Assembly: GCA_964035575.1 (NCBI GenBank)
Contig: OZ037841.1
Location: 1,240,001 to 1,304,000 of the forward strand
Reading direction: 5' to 3'
From: Rhynchopus sp. YZ270_cl-10
Lineage: Eukaryota
Length of the DNA stretch: 64,000 nucleotides
Shown here: positions 13,225 to 25,675 of the stretch, one piece after another
Layout of the letters: each line of letters begins with the position of its first letter
How positions within the stretch are numbered: the stretch's first letter is position 1
Translations under genes and position numbers: made by a program
Notes under the pieces: model-generated
Told to the model about the DNA's origin: nothing
Seen by the model: the letters and a program-made list of their open reading frames with translations, nothing else
Databases searched by the model: none

Positions 13225-16060
13225 AGTTTTTTTGGGGGGTGAGGTTTTTTTCTTGCCTTTTTTTCACTTGGCCGAGTGAAAGACCCCCTTTTCAAATTTA
13301 TGTGTAATCTTGATAACGATTCAAGGCGACTTAAGTTCATCTTAAATATTCTTTTGAGGAAGACTGAAAACTGACGACTGTCGGTGTGTGCCTGAGTTGG
13401 GACACAGGAGGGTGTTTTGCACTTCCAACGTTTTCTTTTTTAAAAACAAGACCTGCCTACCGTCCTTGCCTTGCTTCCGCGAGCTTCGTTGTTATTCAAA
13501 CAAAACGGGGATAGTCAATCCTTTGAAATCAGCCAACTCAACGCGGGTAATTTATTTTGTTCCTTCTTCTTCTTCTTTTGTTCCAGACATTCGTTTTTTC
13601 GACCTTTTTCTTCTTTTCCCTCGATGGAGATCCGATGCCTGCGTCCACGGCGTTTGCACTTCAACTACCATTTTTTTCATAAACTATTTTTCTTAACCTA
13701 CGATGCCGCCATGGCCTGAGCAGCATAAATGATTTTGCAACCGCACGACTGGCAGCGGTGTTTTTGTTGCAGTATCGGTGTCCGGTATGGCGTTTGCACT
13801 TTCAGCTTCTCTTTGTTAACGATAGTGGTAATGATGTGTGCACGAGAGGCACATGCATCATACAAGTTTTATTGTGATTTCATCCGGATGGCTGGCATCG
13901 TACGTGGGTCAGTCGGAGGTGCCTGCATTAATAACTTCACTGAATTTGTTCTTATTAAGAAGGGGATGTAGGTGATGGGGGATGTAGGCCACTCACACTA
14001 CCCTCGTCTTAAACCAAACCGTTATTTGGTATCACAGTGCTTTGCACTTCTTGTTGCACTTATTACTATAAAAAATTCTCTCCCTCCCATCCCCCTAAGA
14101 CTCCCCCCCTTTGTTTGTATTGCTGCAGCCGCAGGTTTAGAATGCTATTGTTTTGTCTTTTTGCAAACCTCGTGGTGGCGCAAACAACTTAGGGTTAAAA
14201 TCCTCTAAAAAGTTGGCTTTATTTTTCCTTTATTTTCTCTTTTTTTTTTTGAAGTTTTTTTTCCCACTAAGGTGAATCTACCCCCACTAAGCACAGTTGG
14301 GCTTAAGTTCATCACCCAAACCCCCCTTTTTTTCCCCCCTGTGTGCTGCTTGCAAGTTTCCTGTAAACAACTCTGGTGCAGCACCTGGGTTCGACAACCC
14401 ACAGAGCGTGCCTGCGTCAGAGGCGTATTCAAGAGCGTCCTGTCAAGAGCGGGGTTTGTATTTCAGGGGGAATCTGGCCTCTCGGCATTCCCACGCAAGG
14501 CCCAATTTACAACGTCGCGATAACTTTGTTCAAGGAGCTGTATTGCATTTGAAATATATGCTCATTGGCGGAGTGCCTATTTCCCCATCTTTCCAACTTT
14601 TTCATCTGTGTTTTTTTTTTGTTTTGTTTTGTTTTTGGTCGTTTCACTAAATTGTTTCTCAACTTTTACAAAAAAGAGAAAAAATGCAACTTTCTGTTCT
14701 TTGACCGCCTGATTTTTTCTATCGGAGTTTAGTGGAGTTTGGCGGAGTTTAAATACACTGAACTCCACCAAATTGCAGGAAAAATCAGGTGGTTTGATTA
14801 GAAAGTTTTAGAAAACTAATTTTTTTTTTTTTGCAAAACCAACAAACGAGTTTTGGAACGCACCCCCTTTATAACATATAAGTAACCCAAATGGAAAATG
14901 GTGTTTGCCTTTCTCCTGTGGGGTGAGACACAGTGTCTTCATTTTTTTTTTCGTGCCCTCTGGGGTTCTGCCTGCACCATCCGGTGCCCGATAAGGCGTT
15001 TGCGCTCTTTTCAACGTCTTTCTTTTTATTTCTTGCTTTTGTACGATAACGATGATAAGAAGTGATCAAAAGTGTCTGCGAGAGGCTTAGTTTCAGGGGC
15101 TTTTCTCTTACTCTAAACCATATGGCTTGCAAAGCAAAACAGCAAAACCTGGCCGTATTGTGATATGCTAATTGCCCATCATAATGCACATCGCAATACA
15201 GCATTGCAATGTGTATTATGATAGGCAATTTATCACAATTCATCCACTAGCAAAACCCCCTCCCATCCTCTCCATATGGCCTTACCGTCATATCGAACAA
15301 TCACCTCTCTTATCCTGAAGTCGGATTCTATGTTTTTTTTGTCAAAAAATAAAATAAAAAAAATACACGCGATTCTCCAAAATGCATTCCCTTTTTCCGC
15401 CCAGAACGGAAGCAAAATGCACAGAAACCAATGCATTTCGGAGAACCTGTTTTTTTTTCTTCTTCTCTTTCTCTCTCTCTTTTTGGGAACATTTTTTGAT
15501 CCCTATATGTTTATTGAATGCATATGTTGAAATATTCTTTCTCTTTTTATTGATAACCCCGCGGAGTGTCAGTACCTGCGTCCCAGAGGCGTTTGCACTG
15601 CCAACTTCAACCCTTTTATGCACCACAAAACAACCCAGGGTATTAACTTCGTTTTTTTTTTTTTCAGACTGGGCTAAATGAAACGTTTTTGCCCGAGGGG
15701 AAAAAAACGGCATAATTTTCCCCCAATTTTTTCCCGAGCCCAGTCTAAAAGGCTATGCTTAGGCGAAGCTATTACACTGAAACAACCTTTAACATCCCCA
15801 CCCGCATATCAAAGGCACATGTCTTTCTTCTACCCATCCAGGGGAGAGGTGTTCTTTTCGCCTTTAGATAAAAATGCTGACAACGAAAAAAAAAAAATTG
15901 CATTCTCCCTCTCCCTCCCTCTCCCTCCATCGTTTTTCTTCCCTCCCTTCCACAACCTCACACCCTCCTCCCTCCCCACCTCCCACAAACCACAAAAACA
16001 GGGAGTGCCTTAGGGGGGGAACCCGAGGGGAACTCCCCTCCCCCCCCTTCTTTCCCCAAA

Positions 16061-18736
16061 ATGTATTATCTACCCACCCTCTTAGGCGCACTGCTGTGTG
16101 CTCTGTTGTGGGTCCCTTTGGAGGCATTTGATCCAATACAGTATCGAGAGGAAGCGCCTGAGACGATGCTCAATACGCATATTGTGATCATCGCGGTGCC
16201 TTTGGCGGTGACGGCGTTGGCGGTGGTGGTGGCGGGGGTTGCAGGGTTGACTAGAACAATTCCACTGAATGTTGTTTTGTTTTTGGGGGTGTGGGTTGGG
16301 TTGATTACGGTAGGCACCGTGTCGTGGGTGGTGACGTATCGGGCGTCTCGAGGATCGATCTTAGAGATTGCAGAGGCAGGCATCGTTGACTCTGCGGAAA
16401 CGGTAATCGCCAGCATCCACGGTGATCTCGGTGTCGGTCTTGGCATTCTTACTCTCATGCAAAACGCTGCAGCCGACCCGGACCATGCGATTGCAAGGAG
16501 CTGGCCGTATCCACACCTTTTTTTAACCAAATTATTTACAACGGTGGGGAGAGGAAGCACTTCGCTTGCGCTAATCTATTTTGGAAGTGAAAATGGGCGG
16601 TTCAACGGAGTACAGCGGTGGGAGGGTGACGTCTACCATATGCTGCAGACGGCGCTGCAGAACGATTCTTTGGCAGGGTGGATTGAGTGTGCGGCTGTTG
16701 ATGAGGTGGGAAATTGCGCGCAGAGCGACTGTTCTTCCACTTCACGCGCTCAGCTCTGCGGGAAAACATGCTCACGACTACGCAGCTCTCAGGAGAACTG
16801 CCGTGGGCGCAAGGTTATCATCTTCAACGCCACCCACCTCGACTCTCACAGCGAGCAACACGCCCTCCGAGAGCCACCCCCAGCGTACGCAGGCACCATC
16901 GCAATACCCTACGACCACAGATCACGCCCATGGTACATCCACGAGGTCACCCCGCAGTGGTCGAGACCGTACGTCTTTGCAGAAAGCGGTCCCGGCATCA
17001 CAGTGTCAGCAGCGGTGATGCGAGACGGACGGAGTGGGGTAGTGGCGGCGGACTTCCTCCTGACGTCGTTGTCCACAAGGTTGCAGGCGTTGCAGCCGAC
17101 GCAGAATGGGTTTGCAGTGTTGGTGACCGCAGATTTGGATCTAGTAGGATCGTCGTTCGGGAAGGCCCAGCTCATTCTTGATACGGGGATAGATTCAGAG
17201 GACCATGATGCGTCTATTCGTATTCCAAAATTCCGGTCAGAGTCAAAAATTGTGAACGTAGTGAACGATATCCTAGAAAAGTGGGGTCGTTTGGAGGACG
17301 CAATGCACGCCCCCGCGATCTATCACCGCCGTGGAAGCATGACCGTATCGTATCCTGTTCGTCTCTCGGGGATGACGCTTCTGCTCGCGATATCGGTGCC
17401 CCTAACGGACGTCATGGGGTCGGCAAATCATGCGTCTGTTGTTTCGTTGGCGTTGACCGTTGTTATTTCGGTAGGGTTGGCGCTGATTGCAAATATTGGG
17501 CTGAAAGTTGCGTTGCTTCCGTTGGATCGGTTGAAAGAGGAGATGGCGCATGTCGCCGTGATGCATCTGGACCGGAAGCACGCAAAGCGTTCCCATCTCT
17601 CAGAAATCCGCTCGATGCAGGAAAGCTTCTCCCTCATGGTCGTCAACCTTTGCGAATACCGGCACTACCTCCCGCAGTCTATTCTGCATGAAAGCAGTAA
17701 TTTGGAGCAGGAACAGGAGCAGGAGGAAGAGCAGAACTCTGGGGATGCAGCCTCTGTCGGCACATGCTCCGTAGCGTCAAACAGCGCATCGTCCGAAGGA
17801 GGTGGGGTAGCTCCTCCACTTGGACTGAATTGTATTAGGGGTGGACTGAAGTACCGCGATGTGACGGTGCTGTTAACAAACATCCCTGGGTTTGTCTCTT
17901 GGGCAAAAGACTCGCCTATTCATGATATCATGCAGCACCACACACTGTACCTCGAAAAGATCATCGACGTCGTACAGCCATGCCGTGGCATAGTCGACGA
18001 ATTTATAGGAGACCACATCCACGTCTCCTTCAACACCGTCGTCCTCTGCAGCCAACACCACCAACGAGCCGCCGAATGCATGGTCATCATTTCGAACATA
18101 AAATGGCAACCACATAAACAGGGGAAGAGGATTGCTCCTAATATTGCGGCAGCTTCGGGAAAGGCGTTGTGTGGCAATATGGGGTGCAATTTGATGAAGA
18201 AATATACGATTTTGGGGGGGTGTGCATCTTTGGTGTGGACGTTGGAGAGGTGGGGTGCTGCGTGGAACATACCGGGGTTGATTGATGGGAGTGTTGCGAG
18301 CGATGCGCAGTATGCCTTTATTCTACGCAAGGTTGTGAAGGTGGTGGAGCGCGATTCAGAGGAGATGACGATCTTTGAGGTAATGCGGCGCCGCTCCGGC
18401 CAAGCAGAAGAATGGATGTACATGCTCGCCGAAGCAGAAAAGGAAAACGAATACCTTGCCTACAACCAAAGCTTCGAAGCACTCTACCAAGGCGACTTTG
18501 ACAGCGCCCTCGCGCTCCTCACCCAAGCAGAGCTCCTGCCCCAATACCGACGCATGTACGCCTGGGTCCGCGAATGCTCCAAACGCGGTGCCCCACCCGC
18601 CCTCCTCCCAGTCAACTACACCCCAATGCTAGGTGGTACAGAAACCACCCCAGAAATGCGTGGTGACTGTGTAGTGGAGGCTCTCTCGCAAAGTGTTCCT
18701 TCGCAAGGGCAAAGAGAGGCGCAAAGGGAGGTTTAA
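16061..18736 (+). CDS. Receptor-type class III adenylate/guanylate cyclase-like protein (TMs, Cache-type sensor, HAMP, degenerate cyclase, TPR-like tail)
   Basis: 891-aa ORF with signal and TM segments. Cache motifs IYFGSENG, YDHRSRPWY, WSRPYVF and GVVAADF. HAMP region PLDRL..SHLSEI. Cyclase motifs VTVLLTNI, FIGD and GKALCGNMG...YTILG. Confidence 0.88.
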   Translation: MYYLPTLLGALLCALLWVPLEAFDPIQYREEAPETMLNTHIVIIAVPLAVTALAVVVAGVAGLTRTIPLNVVLFLGVWVGLITVGTVSWVVTYRASRGSILEIAEAGIVDSAETVIASIHGDLGVGLGILTLMQNAAADPDHAIARSWPYPHLFLTKLFTTVGRGSTSLALIYFGSENGRFNGVQRWEGDVYHMLQTALQNDSLAGWIECAAVDEVGNCAQSDCSSTSRAQLCGKTCSRLRSSQENCRGRKVIIFNATHLDSHSEQHALREPPPAYAGTIAIPYDHRSRPWYIHEVTPQWSRPYVFAESGPGITVSAAVMRDGRSGVVAADFLLTSLSTRLQALQPTQNGFAVLVTADLDLVGSSFGKAQLILDTGIDSEDHDASIRIPKFRSESKIVNVVNDILEKWGRLEDAMHAPAIYHRRGSMTVSYPVRLSGMTLLLAISVPLTDVMGSANHASVVSLALTVVISVGLALIANIGLKVALLPLDRLKEEMAHVAVMHLDRKHAKRSHLSEIRSMQESFSLMVVNLCEYRHYLPQSILHESSNLEQEQEQEEEQNSGDAASVGTCSVASNSASSEGGGVAPPLGLNCIRGGLKYRDVTVLLTNIPGFVSWAKDSPIHDIMQHHTLYLEKIIDVVQPCRGIVDEFIGDHIHVSFNTVVLCSQHHQRAAECMVIISNIKWQPHKQGKRIAPNIAAASGKALCGNMGCNLMKKYTILGGCASLVWTLERWGAAWNIPGLIDGSVASDAQYAFILRKVVKVVERDSEEMTIFEVMRRRSGQAEEWMYMLAEAEKENEYLAYNQSFEALYQGDFDSALALLTQAELLPQYRRMYAWVRECSKRGAPPALLPVNYTPMLGGTETTPEMRGDCVVEALSQSVPSQGQREAQREV

Positions 18737-19415
18737 AGGAGGGTGTGATAGGAGGAAGGTGATGTGTCAAGCAAAAGGCAAAAAAAAGGTTCAGGTAAAT
18801 GGGTGCTTTAAAAGTGAAGTTGTGTGAAGGTTTTATTTGGTAATTTCCTTTTGGTTATTTATTCAACATCAGTATTCTTGTGTGCACGCGAGGCACATTC
18901 ATCTTTCAAGTATTTTTTTAGTGACTAAACACATAGTGTTGGTTGCATTGTGTGGTAGTAAGGTCAGTTTTTTTTTTGTTACGAACTGCTTCCCAGGGTT
19001 TGATAATATTCGATGTGGGTGGTGTCACTGCGGCAGGAGGAGTCTCTCCCTTCCCTGCTTGCAGTGTTTCGTTTTGAAAAAACGACTTTTTTGTTGAAGA
19101 AAAAGAAACATTCAGTGTGCCAGAATATGGTTAGGTTCATGAAATCTAATACAGGAGTGACACCGTCTTCACGGCCTGTTGAATGGCGACTCTTTTGGAA
19201 GTCTGTACACGCATAGCTACATTCATCTTTTATCTTTCACGCTTTTTGTTTGTTTCGTTTATGCTGTTTTGGGAATGCATTGTGTGTTAGCGTGGTGTGT
19301 TTTTTTTTTTTTTTTTTAGCACATTCAATTTTTAATCTTGAGATTGAACTCAAGAGGTCCGTACAAATTTGCGTGACCCTGACTGAGAAAAGTTATGAGA
19401 TATTTTAAAAATACT

Positions 19416-20020
19416 CAGAGTGTTTTCCACGGTGGTTTTGGGTGGCATGACATGCCACCCAAGATTTTTGGGGTGGTTTTTGGGTGGCATATATGCCACC
19501 CAAGATTTTCTTCTTTTTTTTTTGAGTATTGTATGACCTGTGACCCCACCATGGAGAGCACGTGGCTCGCTGAGTTGCTCGAATTGCCTGCAGCTATCCA
19601 ACAAACATCATCACCGTCTCAGCTTCCTTCACGAGCCGTTCAGCCTCCGCCACCTTCACAAGCCAAAGTAAATAGGGCAAAAGTAGCGTACCGTGCGCCT
19701 GCGGCGCTCTTGCTGTCTTCATAAAGACAAAATCACATTGCCAAAATTGTGAATAGTGCGATTTTTTCCGCCTGCGGCGCCTACCTCCCTCCCCTCTCCT
19801 TCCTGTGATTGGCAGGGAGTCGCGCGCGCGACGACTGCTAGGGCTCGAAGAAAGCTCGGGGGCCAAATTTTGAGACCAAAAACCAAGCGGAAGCCCTGTT
19901 CGGGTAAATCATGTACAGTGTTTAGGAGGGGGCCTTCCGCGCGGGAGAATTTTTTTTTGGCCTAAAAAAAAAAATATGCCACCCAAAAAAAAAAAATGTC
20001 AGATCCTGGAAAACACCCTG
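19416..20020. mobile_element. Non-autonomous TIR element with GGTGGCAT subterminal repeats
   Basis: CAGAGTGTTTTCCA ... TGGAAAACACCCTG; flanks AATACT / AATACG. Confidence 0.65.
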
Positions 20021-20186
20021 AATACGAAATAAAAAAGAAAAGAAAGAAAACAAAACAGACGTGTACAAGAGACATTTATCTTTTCACGTTTTCAATAGAA
20101 GGTGGGCATAAGATGGCACGCCTTATGTTGGTATATCCTGTTCATGCCTACATAACTTTTCTTGTCAATCTGTTCGACGTCCTAGT

Positions 20187-20389
20187 CATACAGTGTGCAC
20201 GAGCCGTATTATCGGATACGATAATTATCGTATGAAGTTATTGCATTATTATCGCATACGAGAATATGCGATGATTTTTTTTACACGGGGTTTCCCCACA
20301 TAATCGTGTACGATAATATAGTGTGCAATAATTTTCGCTCAGACCCGAATACGATAATACACGATAATACGAGTCGTGTGCACAGTATG
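20187..20389. mobile_element. MITE with CATA..TATG ends and perfect 6-bp TSD
   Basis: CCTAGT|CATACAGTGTGCAC ... GTGCACAGTATG|CCTAGT; internal ATCGTAT/ATACGAT repeats. Confidence 0.8.
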
Positions 20390-20979
20390 CCTAGTACGCA
20401 GCCAGATAGGTCGTGTAATCATTGCACCTTGAGGAGCAATGAGATAATGGCAGCCAAGTGTATCGCAGCATCAAAGTGACACCGATGGTTCATTTCTCTT
20501 GAGTCCTTCGGATGATTCATGAGAGGTGGATTCGTCGTAAGGCTTTTTATATTTTAAATTCTACTGGGGCTGTCCTTGGTACACCCTTCTTACGCTTTCG
20601 TTTGCTACAAACAGAAAGGCGTGTCTGTTTATTCTATCTCTTGGGGACAAAAAAAAACTCGCATAGCTGAAGATTTTTCCAAAATCCAAAAAAAAAAAAA
20701 AAAACTTCAGTTGGCCAGGGTTCTAGCTCAGAAGAAAAAAAAAAGAAACGGAAAAGGTGGCTCAAAAAAAATTTTTCTGCGCTTCGCGCGCAGGGATTAC
20801 GCAGCTCCCCCAAAAATAAAAAAAGTACGTATGGTGTGGCTGAACGGGGGGGGAGCATAAAGTGCGGAAAAGTGCTGAAAAAGTGCGGAAAAAGTGCGAA
20901 TAGGTGCGGAAAAAGTGCGGAAAAAGTGCGAATCAGCCCCCAAAAAAATTTCCCCCACCTTGTAAAAGTTGAACACTGT

Positions 20980-21352
20980 GTACTGTAGGTACTGTAGGTA
21001 CTGTAGGTACTGTAGGTACTGTAGGTACTGTAGGTACTGTAGGTACTGTAGGTACTGTAGGTACTGTAGGTACTGTAGGTACTGTAGGTACTGTAGGTAC
21101 TGTAGGTACTGTAGGTACTGTAGGTACTGTAGGTACTGTAGGTACTGTAGGTACTGTAGGTACTGTAGGTACTGTAGGTACTGTAGGTACTGTAGGTACT
21201 GTAGGTACTGTAGGTACTGTAGGTACTGTAGGTACTGTAGGTACTGTAGGTACTGTAGGTACTGTAGGTACTGTAGGTACTGTAGGTACTGTAGGTACTG
21301 TAGGTACTGTAGGTACTGTAGGTACTGTAGGTACTGTAGGTACTGTAGGTAC
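20980..21352. repeat. Perfect 9-bp minisatellite (GTACTGTAG)n, about 41 copies, flanked by inverted AAAGTGCGG arrays
   Basis: Directly visible; produces spurious YST/LQY/TVP/CRY ORFs. Confidence 0.97.
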
Positions 21353-21475
21353 AGTTTTCGCACTTTTTCCGCACTTTTTCCGCACTTATTCGCACTTTTA
21401 CCATGTTGGCTTGCTGACTGTGTCTGTGTACCTGTGTAGGTACACAGTATTCTGTGGGTACCTACCGTACCTGTA

Positions 21476-21547
21476 CCTGTGTACCTGTGTACCTGTGTAC
21501 CTGTGTACCTGTGTACCTGTGTACCTGTGTACCTGTGTACCTGTGTA
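21476..21547. repeat. 8-bp tandem (ACCTGTGT)n in the loop of an inverted repeat (about 21355-21680)
   Basis: Arms ...GCTTGCTGACTGT and ACAGTCAGCAAGC... flank the array. Confidence 0.9.
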
Positions 21548-21826
21548 TTTGGCAAAGACAGTCAGCAAGCCTACATGCTAAAAGTGCGAACAAGTGCGGA
21601 AAAAGTGCTGAAAAAGTGCGGAAAAAGTGCGAATAGGTGCGGAAAAAGTGCGAGAAAGTGCGGAAAAGTGCGAATCAGACCCCTTCAGCCACACCAACGT
21701 ATGGATTTTCAACACGTACAATTCTAAGCAAAAACAATTAAAAACCGCGCGCGCTTCGCGCGCGCTCTCCCTGGCAAAGTTGGTTGAGAAGGGTTGTGAA
21801 AGTTCGAAGAACTGGAGAAATCATCA

Positions 21827-23640
21827 GTCATGGCATCCAAATGTTCCTGGCGAAGCCACGGTACGCAACATTTTTAAAAAATCTTGACATAAAATGGCAC
21901 TTTCGTTGGTAACTATGGTCCAGTTCCGTAAACTTTACTTCCATATTTTGCTAAAACGAAAGTTTCTGGCGAAGCCACGGTACGCAACATTTCTAAAAAT
22001 TGCGCTTAAAATTGCCCATTATGTCATGGGAAGGGTGTATTGCAATCTAGCGCCGCAGGCGCACGGTACGCTACTTTTTTCTTTCGCCATGCTGCATGCT
22101 CCTTTTCCGGTAAAATAGAAAATTATCTCCTACAAATAGAATTCTGTAGGGGGTAGGTGAGAGGTGGGGGCGGAGCCCCACTCCTCACCTACCCCACCCC
22201 AGCCCCAATCCAAAACCCAAATTACCTACGTATGGACACGTATGGATTCCACCTTTTCAAAAACAATTCACGTATGGATTTCCATACGTTCCACACGTGG
22301 AGCATAATCCCTGTTCGCGCGGAAAAATTGACCACGCCAAGTCGCTGTTTTTAACAGCAAAGGGGACTGGCTGACGACACTGAGGACCTCCTTGGCCAAC
22401 CGGTTTTTTGCACCGGGAATACCACGTCCTGGGCTGGACGTTAAATTGCATCCGGGGGCCCTTTTGTGGGAAACTCTATGAAGGTCTGACCTGAGGGTAA
22501 AAGGTGCTGGGTATGCTACCCTGGGTGCTGAAGGCAGGCACACAACATGTGTGGAGGGACCTGCAGAGCCCTAGCCAGTGAAGCCAAGGAGGCCCCCCTA
22601 GGAAACTAGGGAACGGATTGGAAGAGACCTCGCCGGTAGCCGGGAACCCTCCCTGGGCTAGTACAATGATGAAACTTCAATCTAAAGTCCACACCCATGT
22701 GGCGGCCGCTTTGGCATGCGTCTGTAAGGACAGCCTTGACTGATACTTTCTGTATTAGCACACGATTGCCTCCCTGAAGGCTACGTAGCTACCTGAGTAC
22801 AAAAAAAAAAAAAAAAAAACCAGACTTTTATATAGGGGGTCAGAACTGAGGGCAATCCTCAGTTACTGAAAAAAAAAAAAAAAATCCCCTTTTCGGACCT
22901 AAAAAAAATTTTTTTTTGATAAAACAACTTGTTGTCAATTCTAAAAAGATTGGAGGCAGCGCTGCAGGGCAAACAAAACGGATTGAAAAAAACAGAAGCT
23001 TGCTTGTTTCTTTGAGTACTCAATTAACCACAACAACCGTACTTCAGTTTAACACATTTTTTCACCTTTTTGTTTTCCCGGCTTTGAGCGCACAAACAAA
23101 AGACCCGATCTTTTTTTGGCGTTTTACTGGCTTAGAACACGACTCGTGACCAGCGGTGAAAATCTTGGGCAGTAAGCCCGGGAAAACCCGGGCTTAATTA
23201 ATTTTGCGCAGAGCAAGCCCGGGCTTACTCCCCGGGCTTAAGCCTGGGTTTTCCCCGGGTTTTAACTTTTCTGGGCTGGGCTGCCCCACCCCACTCCGGG
23301 GGGTGTAGCCTCAGGGTGCAGCCCGGGGTAGTCAGTCGCCGAAACGAAGCTCTGTTGACAGAAAACAACGAAGTCAGTAAAGAAAACACACACGTCTATA
23401 CTCAAGGGTTACCCACACCCCCGTCACAGCCAGAACGCGACTCAATTGGTCAAACGCAGAAGGAAAAGGAAGCATGCATCATGGCGAAATTATAAAAGTA
23501 GCGTACCGTGCGCCTGCGGCGCAAGATTGCAACCCACCCTTCCCTGACATAGTTTGGCTGTAAAAATGTGCGATTATGAGCGCAATTTTTTGAAATGTTG
23601 CGTACCGTGGCTTCGCCAGGAACCTTTGGGTGCCATGACC
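21827..23640. mobile_element. Inverted pair of a ~250-bp repeat (long-TIR element); a second pair lies at about 56318-57940
   Basis: GGCGAAGCCACGGTACGCAACATTT and GCGCCGCAGGCGCACGGTACGCTAC motifs occur in opposite orientation at each end, in both locations. Confidence 0.65.
22360..22819 (+). mobile_element. Possible short poly(A)-tailed retroposon (SINE-like)
   Basis: GC-balanced ~440-bp segment ending in a long A tract at 22801-22819. 5' boundary and TSD not identified. Confidence 0.35.
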
Positions 23641-23860
23641 GCCCTTTCTTTGTTATAAATGTACTGGCTACTTACAATTCGTGTACCACGTGCGCCTGGT
23701 GCACGAATTGCTATCAATTGGGTTTACAGCCAAGGGGGTTCAAGGCACACCACAACTGGCCCCAGCCGAAAAAACAACTTTGATTTTGGGTGGGTGGGTG
23801 AGAAAAAATGAATCCTCAGTTTTTGCCCCTGTTTGTTCAGGAAAAAATTCCTATATAAAA

Positions 23861-25623
23861 CATAGATGGTAGTCGGGCCGAGTCGGGCCGAGTTTTTGGA
23901 AAATCTGGGAGTCGGGCCGACTCGGGCCGACTTTTTTTTATTTTTTTTTTATTCCCCTGGGAAATAAAGTATACGAAGGATTTGGCACTTTTAGCGGGAT
24001 TCTTTTTAATGATAATTTCACGCAGTTTTTTTATCGCAAATTAAAAACCCGCTCATTGAACTTTATTTCACGCGTTTTTCACTTTTTTTCACTGCAATTC
24101 CTTCAGAGCGGGATTTTATTTTTATTTTTTTCACGCTAAAACAGGGGTTTTATTTGGCGATAACTTCACGCTAAATTTTGGTACATCCTGCACCACCACC
24201 CACCTAAAAATTGAAAATTTCGAATTTTTTTTGCCCTTTTCCCATTTTTTTTCTGACACATGCAACATGCCGAAGGATGTAAGACGCAAACGGTCCTCCG
24301 ACAGGAGATGGACAAGCACTACAGTGGTTTTGCTGAAGGACTAGCATTGTCGACACCGTACGTCCGTGAATGGGACCGCTTTTTAAGGAATTCATTGGCA
24401 AGCCTGACGGTAAGCCCACGGAAGCCGACTTCGTTTCGTACATAGTGTATCTCCGTGACGATCTCACTATCAAGACGAAGGACACACCACCCCCTTTACT
24501 TCATTGTGAGGAAGGTGGTGGCTGGCATGATATTCTGTGATGGGCGGGGATCTTCTGAATGTGTCTCGCTCTTGCACGACAGCCATTTCCCGACCTCCCG
24601 CTAGCACCCGAGGGGACACTGAGGTGGCGAGAGGTCGGGATGTAGCTTTGTGTACCGTTGAGGCAGCTTTCCAAACCGACCACACGCTGCGCTACGCGCT
24701 ATGCGTACACGTGGTGTGGGCTTTTTAGGCTACATACTGTACGCGCTACACGCAAAATGCCGTTGTTGTGTGTGTAAAAACGTGGGTTGCGTGGTACTGC
24801 ATGGGGTCACACGTGCACCACCCTGTGGCTCACACATGGTTCTGCCACCCCAAAAATGCGTATCCCACCCCACATACCAGGGTATGGGCCCAATTCACCA
24901 GTTTTTTGCAGGTTCCCAGCGAGCAAAAGCTAGCGGGAGGGTAATGAGAGCTACCTGGAGGGACACATTCTCGTTAGTTATTGCACAATAAATGAGTCCC
25001 GCTAAAAGTGCCAAATCCTTTCGTATACTTTATTTCCCGTGAAATAAAATTACGTATTCACCTCCTTTTAGCGGATTATTTTGCGATACTTCACTTATTT
25101 TTTTCCAAGGCTCGTGCACTCAATTTGCCTCGCTTCGCTCGGCAAATTAAGTAGCCCTCGCCTGGGAAAAAAATGCGTGAAGTTATCGCAAAATAAAACC
25201 CCGCTAAAAGGAGGTGAATAAATAGTTATTTTTTTTCAAAAGTCGGGCCGACTCGGGCCGAGTCGAAAAAAAAATTTTTTTAAAAAAAAAAGTCGGCCCG
25301 AGTCGAAAAAAAAACTCGGCCCGAGTCGGCCCGAGTCAGCCCGAGTCGGCCCGACTCGGGTCCCGTCGGCCCCCTCACAGTAAAATCTTTTCCAAAAAAA
25401 AAAAAAAACCAAAAAAAAACAAAACAAAAAAAAAAAAACCCAAAAAAAAAAAACCAAAAAAAATTCGACTCGGCCCGACTCGGCCCGACTTTTTTTTGAG
25501 TCGGGCCGAGTTTTTTCGACTCGGCCCGACTCGGGCCGACCCTGAAAAAAAAATTTTTCAAAAAAAAAATAACGAAAAGTGGTCGGCCCGAGTCGGCCCG
25601 ACTCGGCCCGACTACCATCTATG
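23861..25623. mobile_element. Non-autonomous element with CATAG..CTATG ends and AGTCGGGCCG arrays
   Basis: ATAAAA|CATAGATGGTAGTCGGGCCG ... CGGCCCGACTACCATCTATG|ATAAAA (6-bp TSD). Confidence 0.85.
23951..25230 (+). mobile_element. Nested Crypton-like (tyrosine recombinase) remnant
   Basis: Inverted repeats 23958-23999 / 24997-25038 and a terminal palindrome 25055-25220 with a GCTTCGC apex. Frameshifted peptide from about 24267 (YVREWDRF/KEFIGKPDGKPTEADFVSYIVYLRDD...MIFCDGRGSSECVSL) resembles a YR core-binding domain and first catalytic motif. Confidence 0.45.
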
Positions 25624-25644
25624 ATAAAACCCTGAAAAAAACCC

Positions 25645-25675
<31 letters not shown>

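Noticed and set aside
20634..21555. Long ORFs of YST/LQY/TVP/CRY repeats (also WVLGTGY at 62456-63080)
   Set aside because: Translations of perfect satellites.
22430..22460. 2A-like DVKLHPG peptide or HDV-like ribozyme in the poly(A) element; DVELHP at about 8860(-)
   Set aside because: Neither matches DxExNPGP, there is no sustained ORF, and I could not fold the HDV double pseudoknot.
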